DNA from: Bacillales bacterium UBA5026
GTDB lineage: Bacteria; Bacillota_I; Bacilli_A; RF39; UBA660
Direction of reading: 5' to 3'
NCBI GenBank assembly: GCA_002416285.1
Contig: DICM01000020.1
Location: 26,597-90,596 of the forward strand
Length of the DNA: 64,000 nucleotides
Within the stretch, counting starts at the first letter, position 1; the number at the start of each line of letters is the position of its first letter. A program made the translations under genes and the position numbers. Under the pieces are notes generated by a model that searched no databases, was not told the DNA's origin, and saw only the letters and a program-made list of their open reading frames with translations. This document shows positions 36,947 to 47,434 of this stretch, in pieces.

Positions 36947-39280
36947 TTAGGATTTTAACGATATATTTTTCTCTGGATAAATTGATTTTAAATAAACCTT
37001 GTCTTTACCATCTAATAATTCATCGATTATTTGATTTTCAACTTTATCTTCAATCATCTTATCAAGTTGTCTAGCACCAAAGTCTTCATAATGTGATTCC
37101 TCTAACAATTCATCATTAATTTGTTTATCAAATGATAATTTAATATTCTTCTTTTGATAATTTGTTTTTAATAGATCTAATTTCTGAGTAATCAGTGTCT
37201 TTATCGTTTCCTTTTCTAGCAATTTAAAAACAACTAACTGGTCAATTCGATTGACAAACGGAATTCCAAAATGTTCCTTTAATTTACTAATGACATTACT
37301 CTTTCCAAGTTCTGCAAAACCAACTTTCTTTTGTTCAAATCCGATATTTGAAGTCATCATGATAACAATGTGATCAAAACGAATTGTTCGTCCTGTTGCA
37401 TCTTTTATTTTTCCTTCTTCCAAAATCTGCAAAAATAAATGAAGAATACTAGGATGCGCTTTCTCTATTTCATCGAGTAACAAAACAGAATATGGTTTAC
37501 TACGAACCTCTTCTAAAATGTTTCTATTGTCATCATAGCCAACATATCCTGGAGCTGCACCAACGATTTTCGTAACCGAACTAGAATCCACAAATTCACT
37601 CATATCCAGACGAATCACATTTTTAGGCGCGACATGTTCTCCAAATAGTTTTGCTAAAGCAGTTTTCCCTACTCCCGATGGTCCCATAAATAAAATAGAA
37701 TACGGTTGTTTGCTTTCCTTTAATCCAAAGCGCATCTTTTTAGCAATATGAACCGTTTCTCGCACAGCTTCTTCCTGACCCAGTATTTGTTCTTGTAAAG
37801 TATGATCAAGGTGTTCGATCCATTCTTTTTGATCTACTAGAATATCCGCAACAGGTATCTTGGTTTTTAAGCTTACAACAGAAGCGATATCCTCTTTCGT
37901 AACTTCTTTGTAATTGGCATTTTGATAGAGTTTTAATTCGAGTGTATTAATCTCATCCATATAAGAATTTTCTTCTTCTTTATATTTAGAAGCTACGACA
38001 AACTCATTATTCAAAATTGCTTCATTTTTACTTTTAATTTTTTCTTGGAGTTCTCTTTTTAATTGATTGTATCGCTTTAATTCTTTACTTTCTTTTAAAC
38101 TTACTTTCGCGCAAACCTCATCTAAAATATCAATTGTTTTATCAGGCTCATTACGATCATAAATATAGTGTTCCGATAACTCCATCATATAATTAATCAT
38201 ACTTTCACTGATTGTTACAAAATGATACTTTTCATAGATTTCTTTAAGACGCATTAAAATTTCTTTTACGACTTTTTGATCTGGAATATCAATTAAAACT
38301 GTCTGAAATCTACGTTCTAAAGCTCCATCTTTTTCAATGTATTTTTTATATTCTGCTGTAGTGGTAGCACCGATACATCTTAATTTATTACGAGCAAGTG
38401 CCGGTTTAAAAATGTTAGAAGCATCAATCGCTCCTTCTGCTCCACCAGCACCAACTAACGTATGAATTTCATCGATAAAAAGAATAATCTCATCATTTTC
38501 TTCTATTTCTTTTAAAATCTTCTGCATACGTTCTTCAAACTCACCACGGTACTTAGTACCAGCTACAGCACTCGCCATATCCAGACTTAAAATTCTTTTA
38601 TTCTTTAATGATAATGGTACTTCTCCATTTACAATACGCCTGCTGAGTTCTTCTACAATCGCTGTTTTACCAACACCTGCTTCGCCAATTAATAACGGAT
38701 TATTTTTTGTTCTTCTCGATAATATTTCTAATACTCGAATAATTTCCTTTTCTCTTCCAACGACTGGATCAATCTCACCATCTTCGGCTTTTTTGGTAAG
38801 ATCAGTAGCAAGTTCTTCTAACAACAATTTTTTGTTCTTTTTTCGTTTTTTTGAAGACGCTATTTTATAAGAGAATTCACTATAAAGATCATCGATATCA
38901 ATATTCATCCCCATCATAATACGAATAGCGACTCCTTCACCTTCTTCCAATAAACTTGAAAAAAGGTGCTCTACCGTTACCGTACCATTATTATTTTCTT
39001 TACTATCAGCAATCGCATTTTCTAATATTCTACGTAGTAGTGGTGTATATAAAAACCAGTTACTAGGAGTTGACCCAACACCAATTACATCCATAATCTC
39101 TTCCCTTAACCGATCATAATCGAGTCCAAATTCTTTTAACCTAATCGTAACACTATTTTCTTCTTTTAAAATACCTAAAAGTAAATGTTCACTACCAACA
39201 TAGGGATGTTTTAACTCAAACATTTCCTTTTTAGCGCGAACTAAAATTAATCTTGCTTCCTCTGCGAAATTTCCAAACAT
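36947..39280 (-). CDS. clpC: ATP-dependent Clp protease ATP-binding subunit ClpC-like (class I AAA+)
   Basis: Clp_N repeats ([14 protein letters not shown]). Two AAA modules ([12 protein letters not shown]; [12 protein letters not shown]). UVR-like middle domain ([13 protein letters not shown]). The gene name is by family resemblance only. Confidence 0.85.
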   Translation of the reverse strand: MFGNFAEEARLILVRAKKEMFELKHPYVGSEHLLLGILKEENSVTIRLKEFGLDYDRLREEIMDVIGVGSTPSNWFLYTPLLRRILENAIADSKENNNGTVTVEHLFSSLLEEGEGVAIRIMMGMNIDIDDLYSEFSYKIASSKKRKKNKKLLLEELATDLTKKAEDGEIDPVVGREKEIIRVLEILSRRTKNNPLLIGEAGVGKTAIVEELSRRIVNGEVPLSLKNKRILSLDMASAVAGTKYRGEFEERMQKILKEIEENDEIILFIDEIHTLVGAGGAEGAIDASNIFKPALARNKLRCIGATTTAEYKKYIEKDGALERRFQTVLIDIPDQKVVKEILMRLKEIYEKYHFVTISESMINYMMELSEHYIYDRNEPDKTIDILDEVCAKVSLKESKELKRYNQLKRELQEKIKSKNEAILNNEFVVASKYKEEENSYMDEINTLELKLYQNANYKEVTKEDIASVVSLKTKIPVADILVDQKEWIEHLDHTLQEQILGQEEAVRETVHIAKKMRFGLKESKQPYSILFMGPSGVGKTALAKLFGEHVAPKNVIRLDMSEFVDSSSVTKIVGAAPGYVGYDDNRNILEEVRSKPYSVLLLDEIEKAHPSILHLFLQILEEGKIKDATGRTIRFDHIVIMMTSNIGFEQKKVGFAELGKSNVISKLKEHFGIPFVNRIDQLVVFKLLEKETIKTLITQKLDLLKTNYQKKNIKLSFDKQINDELLEESHYEDFGARQLDKMIEDKVENQIIDELLDGKDKVYLKSIYPEKNISLKS

Positions 39281-39420
39281 AATCGTTCTCCTTTCATTCT
39301 CAGTTTATCTTTATTATGAGTCTTCTTTTGTCAGTTTAAACAAATTAAGAACTTTTCTAATACTAAATTATCGACAATTTAAAGTAACAAAAAAGTAGAT
39401 AAATAATATCTACTTATAGG

Positions 39421-41052
39421 TTATCGATTTCGAGTAAAAAGATTCATCTTTTTCTTCAAATTTTCCTTTCCAAACAACTCTTTCAAAATTCCACTTTTTA
39501 AAACTAAAATAAAATAAAGAATCATTCCAAATACTCCGTATAGTAAAATTGTTATCAAAGACAGGAACCTGCTTTCACCAGTATATAGAAGAAAACTACC
39601 AATAATTTTAAGTGTTACAAACATGATAAGACTACATAGTAATGTCATAATGCAATAATAGACCGTACGTTTCGTAGAATAGTCATTTTTGTGTAAATAA
39701 AACATTAAATAGAGAGCTCCTAACAACTCTGAAGTAATCGTGATAAATAAAGGACCAAAGTATGGTGGAATATTAAAATAAGAAAAGATATACATTGAAG
39801 GAACATTCATGATGACTTTTCCTAAGAACATATAAAAGAGTACCTTCATTACTAATTTTGTATGATCCATTGTTTGACAAATATTAATTAGTAAACTGAA
39901 AAAAGAGAATGATACAGTAGCGAAAATAAAGAATTGAAACAAAGAACTTGCTAATTCATTTTTACCATAAAACAATGTCCACATTGGTGTACTTAAAAAA
40001 CTTAGACCAAAAGCAAGTGGTAACACAAACAGGGCCAAAGACAAGACTGATTGGTGGATTTTTTTATTTGCTTCTACTTTATCTTTTCTAGCTACACTAG
40101 AAGAAATATGTGGAACGATACTAACTGTAATGCCAAGTGAAATAGAAATAACAATCATATTCAATTTACTGCCCCAAGTTGTTACTATACTCTGAATGAG
40201 TTCTGCGTCTACTGCACTATACTTTAGTTTTACTAAAGTCTGAACTAAGGTAAAGGTATCAACTAGAGAGAATGCTGCCTTTACACCTTCTATGATTAAA
40301 AATGGAAGCGCATAGATTAGAATTTTTCGGATTAAAAAGGAATTTGTAAAGTTTTTTTCAGCTGCATTAATTGGGCCATCGTAAGATGATATCTTCTTCT
40401 TATGCTTTTTTTCAATCAAATAAAAGTATCCAACTAGTGCACCTATAGTTGCTCCAAAAACAGAAACACCAACTGCTGTTCTAATAGAAAGATGAAAAAC
40501 TTTAAGCGAAAAATAACTACCAACTAAAATGACCGTAACTCTTCCAAGTTGTTCTAGAATACTAGAAACACTAGATTGCCTCATCAGATTATGACCTTGA
40601 AAATAGCCGCGCACGACTGCTAGTACCGGAACAACCAATAACGAAGTTGAAATAACTCGAATTGCAAAAGCAACATCTGTTACTGTATTTCCGCCTTTCG
40701 CACTTCCTAAAATCAAGGTTGCAATCATAGGAGCGAAAAGAAATAGAATTAAAAATAGAAGGAATCCGAATAGACCAATCATCATGATTCCTAGTTTATA
40801 AACTTTTTCCTTAGTATGTTGATATCCAAGAGCACGATATTCACTTACTAGTTTTGATATAGCAAGTGGTATCCCACCCGTAGAAAAACTGATGAACACC
40901 GCATAAATCGCATAAGCGTAACCATATAGAGCACCACCCTGTTCACCAATCATCGCATAAAAAGGAATTACATAAAGAGCGCCAATAATTTTACAAATAA
41001 TAATTCCTGTTGTTGCAAAAAAAGCACCCTCAAAAAAACTACTGCGTTTCAT
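39421..41052 (-). CDS. MOP-superfamily flippase (YtgP/SpoVB/MurJ-like)
   Basis: 543 aa, about 14 TM. N-terminus FFATTGIIICKIIGALYVIPFYAMIGEQGGALYGYAY is typical of Firmicute putative lipid II / polysaccharide flippases. Confidence 0.75.
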   Translation of the reverse strand: MKRSSFFEGAFFATTGIIICKIIGALYVIPFYAMIGEQGGALYGYAYAIYAVFISFSTGGIPLAISKLVSEYRALGYQHTKEKVYKLGIMMIGLFGFLLFLILFLFAPMIATLILGSAKGGNTVTDVAFAIRVISTSLLVVPVLAVVRGYFQGHNLMRQSSVSSILEQLGRVTVILVGSYFSLKVFHLSIRTAVGVSVFGATIGALVGYFYLIEKKHKKKISSYDGPINAAEKNFTNSFLIRKILIYALPFLIIEGVKAAFSLVDTFTLVQTLVKLKYSAVDAELIQSIVTTWGSKLNMIVISISLGITVSIVPHISSSVARKDKVEANKKIHQSVLSLALFVLPLAFGLSFLSTPMWTLFYGKNELASSLFQFFIFATVSFSFFSLLINICQTMDHTKLVMKVLFYMFLGKVIMNVPSMYIFSYFNIPPYFGPLFITITSELLGALYLMFYLHKNDYSTKRTVYYCIMTLLCSLIMFVTLKIIGSFLLYTGESRFLSLITILLYGVFGMILYFILVLKSGILKELFGKENLKKKMNLFTRNR

Positions 41053-41059
41053 ACCTCAC

Positions 41060-41233
41060 CTACTTTGTATAAACAATCATTGCAGAAAAACAAAATACTT
41101 GCTCCTCTGAAAAAATACTAACTGCAACTTGATATTTGATATCGATAATCTCTCCTTCAAAATCACTTAAAAATTCATTAATAGCAGTTTCTAAATCTTT
41201 TTCATGATTCTCATCAAATAATTTTACTTTCAT
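41060..41233 (-). CDS. Cse60-like small protein (57 aa; not in ORF track)
   Basis: Hand translation gives MKVKLFDENHEKDLETAINEFLSDFEGEIIDIKYQVAVSIFSEEQVFCFSAMIVYTK. GGTGAT RBS. It starts 11 nt after the upstream flippase stop. The pattern matches my recollection of the sporulation protein Cse60 (YteV) family. Confidence 0.5.
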   Translation of the reverse strand: MKVKLFDENHEKDLETAINEFLSDFEGEIIDIKYQVAVSIFSEEQVFCFSAMIVYTK

Positions 41234-41244
41234 ATGATCACCAA

Positions 41245-42798
41245 TTAGATGGTATCATATATACCTTTTCTTTTCTGTCGAAAACGAGCGATAAAACCAA
41301 TTAATTTATCATAGAAATAATGAAATTCTCCAGTATCATGGAAAATACCAAAATAGATTATATTTACAATTAAGAATGTCAAAATTCCTTTTACCATAAG
41401 CCATAAAAATCCAGATGGCAATAAATTTACAATGGAGAAGCAAATCCCGTTTACCACTAAAAATAGAAGTAAAAATATAACATATTTTATAAAATAACGA
41501 GTACTACTTCTCTTAAAACCATATTCATAAACAATATGTGGATCCATCCATACAACTGTTGTCAGACGACTTACGATGGTTCCGATTAAAACTCCAGTAA
41601 TTCCTAATGGTTTTACCAATAAGATAGATACAACTAAGTTAATAATAATCATTGCAACTGGACGGTATTTTCCCTTCCAGAATAATCCATAGGCATTACG
41701 AAAAGAATTAGTGACACTTCCCATTCCAACCAAATAAAAATTGATACTGAGTAGCCACACAACCATATTACTTAATAAGTAGTCTTTTCCAATCCAAATT
41801 TCAATAAAAGGATTGAATAAAACACAAAGTAAGATGGAACAAAGGGCATAGATCCAAAAATTTAAAAATGTTAGGCATTCATAAACTGCTTTACTTCTTC
41901 GCTCATTAGTTGTTACTACTAGATTACCAATGCTAGAAGTAATCGCATTAAATAACTGTATTACGATATTATTAACAGAGTTTACAATCATAATGTAATT
42001 GGAATAAACACCAACCGCAACGATACCAATAAACTTTGAAATAACTAAGTTATCAGTACCGTTGGTAATAACAGATCCGATTTTATAAATGAACAGTGCA
42101 GAAATATTCTTTTTAATATCTTCTAAATCTTCTGAATCCATTTTTTCTTTTGTTTTATTTTTTAAATATGGATACAGCCTCATTGCTTTATGCGAAATAT
42201 AGACATTTTGGATAATTACTAAAATAACGGATGATACAAGGTAGAAAATAAAATTTTGAAAAGCAATTAAAATAATACCTTGTACAATATTTAAAAGAAC
42301 CGAAAAGAAGAATGATATTCGTGTTGTAATATAGCCTTTCTGATCGGATTCAATTAAAAATCTTTTATATACAAAGAAATAACTGGATGCTGAATGAATC
42401 ACAAACAAGGCATATAATAGTTCTATATTAGGAACTACTGTTCCACCTTTGATAAAAAATCCCAAAAATGGAATTAACGAAAGACCGAAAACTAGAACAA
42501 TCGTACCAATCGTATTATATATTTTCGCGTAGAAATTCATCAGTATATTAATCTTCTTATGATTTTTCTCAGCCAGTGGTTTATATAGACTATAAGGAAT
42601 TGCAATTCCAATTCCTAAATCTGCTAAAGAAAGCATCGTGATAATATTTGAAAATAAGCCATTCACTCCTAAATAGACACTTCCAAGTTGTTGAATAAAT
42701 ATGGTTTTTACAACAAAATTCATTACGACTAAAATAATCTGTGTAATGATGGAGGTCATAGAATTTAAAATTGATTTTTTCGTTCTAGAATCAGCCAT
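41245..42798 (-). CDS. Wzx-like oligosaccharide/teichoic-acid flippase (MOP superfamily)
   Basis: About 14 TM. The N-terminus after MADSRTKKSILNSMTSIITQII resembles the PST family. The track start of 42858 adds a non-membrane leader, so I prefer ATG 42798. The start is uncertain. Confidence 0.7.
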   Translation of the reverse strand: MADSRTKKSILNSMTSIITQIILVVMNFVVKTIFIQQLGSVYLGVNGLFSNIITMLSLADLGIGIAIPYSLYKPLAEKNHKKINILMNFYAKIYNTIGTIVLVFGLSLIPFLGFFIKGGTVVPNIELLYALFVIHSASSYFFVYKRFLIESDQKGYITTRISFFFSVLLNIVQGIILIAFQNFIFYLVSSVILVIIQNVYISHKAMRLYPYLKNKTKEKMDSEDLEDIKKNISALFIYKIGSVITNGTDNLVISKFIGIVAVGVYSNYIMIVNSVNNIVIQLFNAITSSIGNLVVTTNERRSKAVYECLTFLNFWIYALCSILLCVLFNPFIEIWIGKDYLLSNMVVWLLSINFYLVGMGSVTNSFRNAYGLFWKGKYRPVAMIIINLVVSILLVKPLGITGVLIGTIVSRLTTVVWMDPHIVYEYGFKRSSTRYFIKYVIFLLLFLVVNGICFSIVNLLPSGFLWLMVKGILTFLIVNIIYFGIFHDTGEFHYFYDKLIGFIARFRQKRKGIYDTI

Positions 42799-42899
42799 AT
42801 CGTCCCAACTTTCTATTATCATTATAGCTGATTTTAAGGATAAAGTAAAATAGAACATAAGTTTTTTACTACTTTCATATATTCTAATGAGGTGTTGTA

Positions 42900-43958
42900 A
42901 TGAAAAAAAAGTTGTATTGGATGATTGGTATTCTCCTAGTGATCATCCTTGGAATTATTTTAATATTTTTCACACAAAAGAAAAAATCAAATGAACAGTT
43001 TCCAATGCTTACCTTAAAGGGAGATAAGATAATCACCGTAAAAATCGGCACGGACTATCAAGAACCAGGTTTTGAAGCAATTGATAAATTAGATGGAAAC
43101 ATCACCAGTAAGGTTAAAATTGAAAATACGATAAATCCTGAAACTCCTGGAACTTATGAAATTATCTATTCTGTTACAAATTCACGAAATATAACGATAA
43201 AAGAAAAACGATTTGTTAAACTTATACTACCAGAAGCTCCAACTTATAAGTCTTCTTATGATAATATCGATAACTCCTTCCAAGCTTGGGGAACGAATAA
43301 TAAAAAGAATCATGAACGCTCTATTTATAAAGAGGAAGAAAGTCTAAAGAAATATCATGCCTATCTTCAAGGACCAGATGAAAAAGTAATTTACTTAACA
43401 TTCGACGAGGGGACAAATGAAACCTATTTAGGTAAAATTGTAGATGTGTTAAATGAAAATAATGTGAAAGCAACATTCTTTTTATGCAAAGGTTTTATTG
43501 TGCATAATCCAGAGCTAATGAAAATATTAGTTGAAACGGGTCATTCCGTAGGGAATCATACTGCCAATCATAAACATATGCCAACACTAGCAACCAAAGT
43601 TAATTTTGAAAAATATGTTAATGAAATTACATCAGTAGAAAAAGCTTTCTATGAAATCACTGGAAAAGAAATGGATAAGGTTTACCGTGAACCAAAAGGT
43701 GAATGGAGTTACAGAAGTCTTCAAATCATGAAGGATATGGGCTATAAAACATATTTTTGGAGCGCATCTTATGTAGATTTTAATGGGACTTTATCAAAAG
43801 AAACTGCCCTTTCTTATATGAAGGAACGATACTATAATGGCGTAATTTATTTAATGCACCCAACTAATAAAGGAAACTATGACGCAATTGATGACTTTAT
43901 AAAATATATGAAAGATCTAGGATATCGATTTGATTTAGTAAAAAATATTCCCGAATAA
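42900..43958 (+). CDS. membrane-anchored polysaccharide deacetylase (NodB homology, PdaA-like) with N-terminal Ig-like (DUF5011-type) domain
   Basis: TM helix, then LTLKGDKIITVKIGTDYQEPGFEAIDKLDGNITSKV...PGTYEIIYSVTN. NodB motifs: LTFDEG, HSVGNHTANH, LMHP. Confidence 0.8.
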   Translation: MKKKLYWMIGILLVIILGIILIFFTQKKKSNEQFPMLTLKGDKIITVKIGTDYQEPGFEAIDKLDGNITSKVKIENTINPETPGTYEIIYSVTNSRNITIKEKRFVKLILPEAPTYKSSYDNIDNSFQAWGTNNKKNHERSIYKEEESLKKYHAYLQGPDEKVIYLTFDEGTNETYLGKIVDVLNENNVKATFFLCKGFIVHNPELMKILVETGHSVGNHTANHKHMPTLATKVNFEKYVNEITSVEKAFYEITGKEMDKVYREPKGEWSYRSLQIMKDMGYKTYFWSASYVDFNGTLSKETALSYMKERYYNGVIYLMHPTNKGNYDAIDDFIKYMKDLGYRFDLVKNIPE

Positions 43959-44067
43959 GAAAAGATGAATAAATTTTGAAAAAAACAACTTAATATAATA
44001 AGAAAAAGAATGAGTAGGATGAACCCCCACTCCTTTTTTACATACATTATGTTAGAGGAGGATAAAT

Positions 44068-45450
44068 ATGTACGATTTTCAAGTAGTAATTGATGCCGGA
44101 CATGGTGGTGAAGATGCTGGGGCTACAGCAAATGTTGTAAAAGAAAAAGATCTTAATTTAGAAATTTCCCGTTATATGTATGAGCAATTTCAAAAGCGTG
44201 GGGTTCCTGTTACTTTAATTCGTTCTACTGATGAAACTATTTCTCCTACGGAGCGAGTACAAAGAATTCTAGATGCTTATGGAAATAAACCAAGTGTCGT
44301 TGTTATTTCCAATCATATTAATGCAGCTGGATCCGATATTACAGGTGCTGAAGGCGCTGAGGTGATTTATGCTCTTCGCAATAATGATACTTTAGCAAAA
44401 AATATTTTACAGGCGCTCGGCAATGAGGGGCAAGTTGTAAGAAAGTATTACCAACGAAGATTGCCGAGTGATACTTCAAAGGATTACTATTTTATTCATA
44501 GAAATACTGGAGTAACACAACCAGTAATTGTAGAATATGGTTTTATTGATAATCCACAGGATTTAGCTAGAATCCAAAATAATTATAAACGCTATGTAGA
44601 CGCTGTTGTTAATGCTGTAATTACCACCAAAGCTGGTGGTACAATCAACCCTACTCCAGGAAGTGGAACTACTTATATTGTAAAAAGTGGGGATAGTTTA
44701 TGGAGTATTGCGAACAAATATAATACCACGGTTGATATTCTTAGAACATTAAATGGATTAACTAGTAACAATCTTACAGTTGGGCAAGTACTGGAGCTTC
44801 CAAGTTCTGGAACATCTGAGACAGGTTCGACCTATACGGTAAAATCTGGGGATAGTTTATGGAGCATTGCCAATAGGTATAATACTACAGTAAATGCGAT
44901 TAAAACATTGAATAATTTAAAAACAGAACAATTATATATAGGACAAATTTTACAATTACCAACAACTGCAGAAACACCAAGTACTGGCTCTACTTATACA
45001 GTAAAGTCTGGGGATAGTTTATGGAGTATCGCTAATCAATACAATACAACTGTAGATAATTTAAAAGCGTTAAATGGTTTAAGCGGTAGTTCACTGTCAG
45101 CTGGGCAAGTATTAAAAGTTCCTAGTTCGACTGGAACAGAACCCACTCCTACAGGTTCGACCTATACGGTAAAATCTGGAGACAGTCTATGGAGTATCGC
45201 CAATCGATACAATACTACCGTAGATAACTTAAAAGCATTAAATGGTTTAAGTGGAAATTCACTGTCAGTTGGGCAAATACTAAGAGTTCCTAGTAGCTCT
45301 GCACCTACAGGTTCTACCTATACGGTAAGGTCTGGAGACAGTTTATGGAGTATTGCCAATCGATATAACACTACTGTAGATAATTTAAAAGCATTAAATG
45401 GTTTAACAAATAACTCATTATCAATTGGGCAAGTATTACGTGTGCCATAA
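44068..45450 (+). CDS. N-acetylmuramoyl-L-alanine amidase (Amidase_3) with five C-terminal LysM domains
   Basis: VVIDAGHGGEDAGA...ISNHINA...EYGFIDN amidase_3 motifs. Five copies of YTVKSGDSLWSIANRYNTTVDNLKALNGL. No N-terminal signal peptide is visible. GAGGAGGA RBS. Confidence 0.9.
   Translation: MYDFQVVIDAGHGGEDAGATANVVKEKDLNLEISRYMYEQFQKRGVPVTLIRSTDETISPTERVQRILDAYGNKPSVVVISNHINAAGSDITGAEGAEVIYALRNNDTLAKNILQALGNEGQVVRKYYQRRLPSDTSKDYYFIHRNTGVTQPVIVEYGFIDNPQDLARIQNNYKRYVDAVVNAVITTKAGGTINPTPGSGTTYIVKSGDSLWSIANKYNTTVDILRTLNGLTSNNLTVGQVLELPSSGTSETGSTYTVKSGDSLWSIANRYNTTVNAIKTLNNLKTEQLYIGQILQLPTTAETPSTGSTYTVKSGDSLWSIANQYNTTVDNLKALNGLSGSSLSAGQVLKVPSSTGTEPTPTGSTYTVKSGDSLWSIANRYNTTVDNLKALNGLSGNSLSVGQILRVPSSSAPTGSTYTVRSGDSLWSIANRYNTTVDNLKALNGLTNNSLSIGQVLRVP
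44671..45447 (+). repeat. five tandem LysM-coding repeats (about 150 nt period)
   Basis: Protein residues 202-460. The last three units are near-identical at the DNA level (ggttc.acctatacggtaa..tctgg.gacagt.tatggagtat.gccaatcgata.aa.act). Confidence 0.9.
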
Positions 45451-45480
45451 AAAAAAGAGATCTAATGATCTCTTTTAAAA
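45449..45480. terminator. bidirectional intrinsic terminator between convergent amidase and M23 genes
   Basis: AAGAGATC-TAAT-GATCTCTT hairpin (45455-45474), flanked by an A-run upstream and a T-run downstream. Confidence 0.85.
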
Positions 45481-46707
45481 TTTTTCATAACGATTATCAA
45501 AGCGAACTCCAGCTGAAGGAGCATTGACAACATTTCTCGGATTGAACATTTTAGCAGTAAATGTTGACCATGCCGTATAATCACTTCCATAAAGTCCTGA
45601 TGCGATTGATAAATGGACATGATACCCAGTGGAACAAGCATCCCAACCCCAAGTCTCAGGACCTCCACCTTGGATCCCTATTACACTATCTTTCGTAACC
45701 AATTGTCCGACAGAGACATTGATACTAAGTAAATGAGCATACATACTTGTATAAGTAGTACCGTTGATATTATGATGAACCATAACCATTTTTCCACCAC
45801 ATCCAGTAGAGGTTGGATTCAAAATTCCTGAAACCATTCCGTTTGCGATAGAATATACAGGTGTTGTTGTTGATGAACCAGCAGTAAAATCGATTCCATC
45901 ATGAAATGTTGCCGGGTTTGCAATTCCACCAACTGTTCCACGATAGCCAAATTCACTAGATACTTTACCAGCAATAATCGGTCTTAAGAAAGAAGTGTCC
46001 TTTGGAAGATAATTCCTACCACAGGTTTTAATATCATCGTTTTCGCCACAACCCTTATCTTTATATAGCTTAATCAATTCTTTTTGATATTTAATTTGTT
46101 CTTCGATGTCTACTTGAACATCTTTTTTTTCGCTCATAACAGATTTTAGCGATTCATATTTTTTTGCTAGCTCAGCTTGCTTAACTGATAGCTCTTTATT
46201 CTTATTTTGTAAGTCAATCTTTTTTTGTTCGTTTTCTTTTATCATTGCATTGTATTGATCAATTAATTTTTCATTATATTTTGTTAATTGCTCACTTACT
46301 GCAATACGATAAATAAAATCTGTAAAATCTTTTGCACCAAAAGCATACTCAAGATAAGCAGATTCTCCATTAGATACTTGTACAAAGTTTACAATCTCTT
46401 TCATTTGCTTCTTTTTTGTTTCAATATCCTCATTTAATTTTACAATCGATTCCTCGGTATTTTTTATATCAGTAAAAATATTTTGAATATCCGTTTGAAT
46501 TTGCTGTACTGCTGCGTTAGTAGCATTCATTTCTTCCTGTGTTAATTGTTGTTCCTCTTTATTTTTATTCAAATCAGCTTCTTGTTGTTCTAATTCTTTC
46601 CTCAAATCACCTAGTGTTTGTGCTGATGCAGTAGGCATCGATACAAAAGATAATAAAACCACACTGATTCCTAAAAATAAAATTCCAATTTTTCTCACAA
46701 TGCTCAC
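45475..46707 (-). CDS. secreted M23 family metallopeptidase with N-terminal coiled coil
   Basis: Signal peptide ...SMPTASA|QT. Long coiled coil. M23 motifs: FHDGIDF, YAHL, GYHVHLSI. GTG start per the track (uncertain). Confidence 0.85.
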   Translation of the reverse strand: MSIVRKIGILFLGISVVLLSFVSMPTASAQTLGDLRKELEQQEADLNKNKEEQQLTQEEMNATNAAVQQIQTDIQNIFTDIKNTEESIVKLNEDIETKKKQMKEIVNFVQVSNGESAYLEYAFGAKDFTDFIYRIAVSEQLTKYNEKLIDQYNAMIKENEQKKIDLQNKNKELSVKQAELAKKYESLKSVMSEKKDVQVDIEEQIKYQKELIKLYKDKGCGENDDIKTCGRNYLPKDTSFLRPIIAGKVSSEFGYRGTVGGIANPATFHDGIDFTAGSSTTTPVYSIANGMVSGILNPTSTGCGGKMVMVHHNINGTTYTSMYAHLLSINVSVGQLVTKDSVIGIQGGGPETWGWDACSTGYHVHLSIASGLYGSDYTAWSTFTAKMFNPRNVVNAPSAGVRFDNRYEKF

Positions 46708-46709
46708 CC

Positions 46710-47345
46710 TTACTCTTTCATTTCCTTACGGATTTTCTTATAATTTGGACAATATCTATGAACAATCTCCCAAAATTCTGGAGAATGGTTAAACTCAATA
46801 AAATGTGATAATTCATGAATAATTACATAATCAATCTTAGATAGATCAAAGCGAAACAATTCACTATTCAATGTAACACTATTATTTTTACGATTGCAAA
46901 CTCCCCATCTCGTTTTCATTTTTCGAATTTTTAGTATTGGATATGGTATTGTCTCATCAAATTCATAATACCAATAATCGACTCTACTATGGTAGAGTTT
47001 TTTCATCTCTTTTAAATACCATTTTTCTAGGTATTTCAAATCAGGAGTAATAATTACATCTTCATTTATCTCAAATGTTGATCCTTCCTGTACTATTATA
47101 TCATATTTTTTACCTAAATAAGAAAAAGTTTGTTGCTCAACAGTCCTTTTATTTGAACGTTCTAACATTCTAATAATCGTACTTTGATTTTGATATATCA
47201 TTTCCTCTATTTGTTTTTTCGTTACAAAATAAGGTGTTGTAACCGAAATAGAACGATCTTCTTTGACACGTAGATAAGTGTTCTTATTACGTTTTCTTGT
47301 GATTATTATTGGATATTTTTGGTTATTCCATTCAAAGTACATCAT
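46710..47345 (-). CDS. YgjP-like (DUF45) zinc metallohydrolase
   Basis: C-terminal HELSHFIEFNHSPEFW (HExxH...H). Size and layout are typical of DUF45/M48-like proteins. Confidence 0.75.
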   Translation of the reverse strand: MMYFEWNNQKYPIIITRKRNKNTYLRVKEDRSISVTTPYFVTKKQIEEMIYQNQSTIIRMLERSNKRTVEQQTFSYLGKKYDIIVQEGSTFEINEDVIITPDLKYLEKWYLKEMKKLYHSRVDYWYYEFDETIPYPILKIRKMKTRWGVCNRKNNSVTLNSELFRFDLSKIDYVIIHELSHFIEFNHSPEFWEIVHRYCPNYKKIRKEMKE

Positions 47346-47434
47346 ATCACCTTTCTTATTATAACAAAAAGAAAAAGTTTCGCCAACTTTTTCTAGACAG
47401 TTAATTTATACCTGTATAAATACTTTACAACTAA

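Noticed and set aside
39281-39420. Looked for a CtsR operator (tandem GGTCAAA heptads) upstream of the clpC-like gene.
   Set aside because: No such direct repeat is present. Only a terminator hairpin from the upstream gene and weak promoter-like hexamers are there, so no regulatory call is made.
44671-45447. Regularly spaced DNA repeats of about 150 nt that could superficially look like a repeat array.
   Set aside because: They are in-frame LysM domain repeats of the amidase gene and not CRISPR. There are no short conserved repeats with unique spacers, and no cas genes.
45462-45668. 68-aa minus-strand ORF overlapping the 3' end of the M23 peptidase gene.
   Set aside because: It is an alternative frame within a well-supported gene and extends into the bidirectional terminator. 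It has no RBS.
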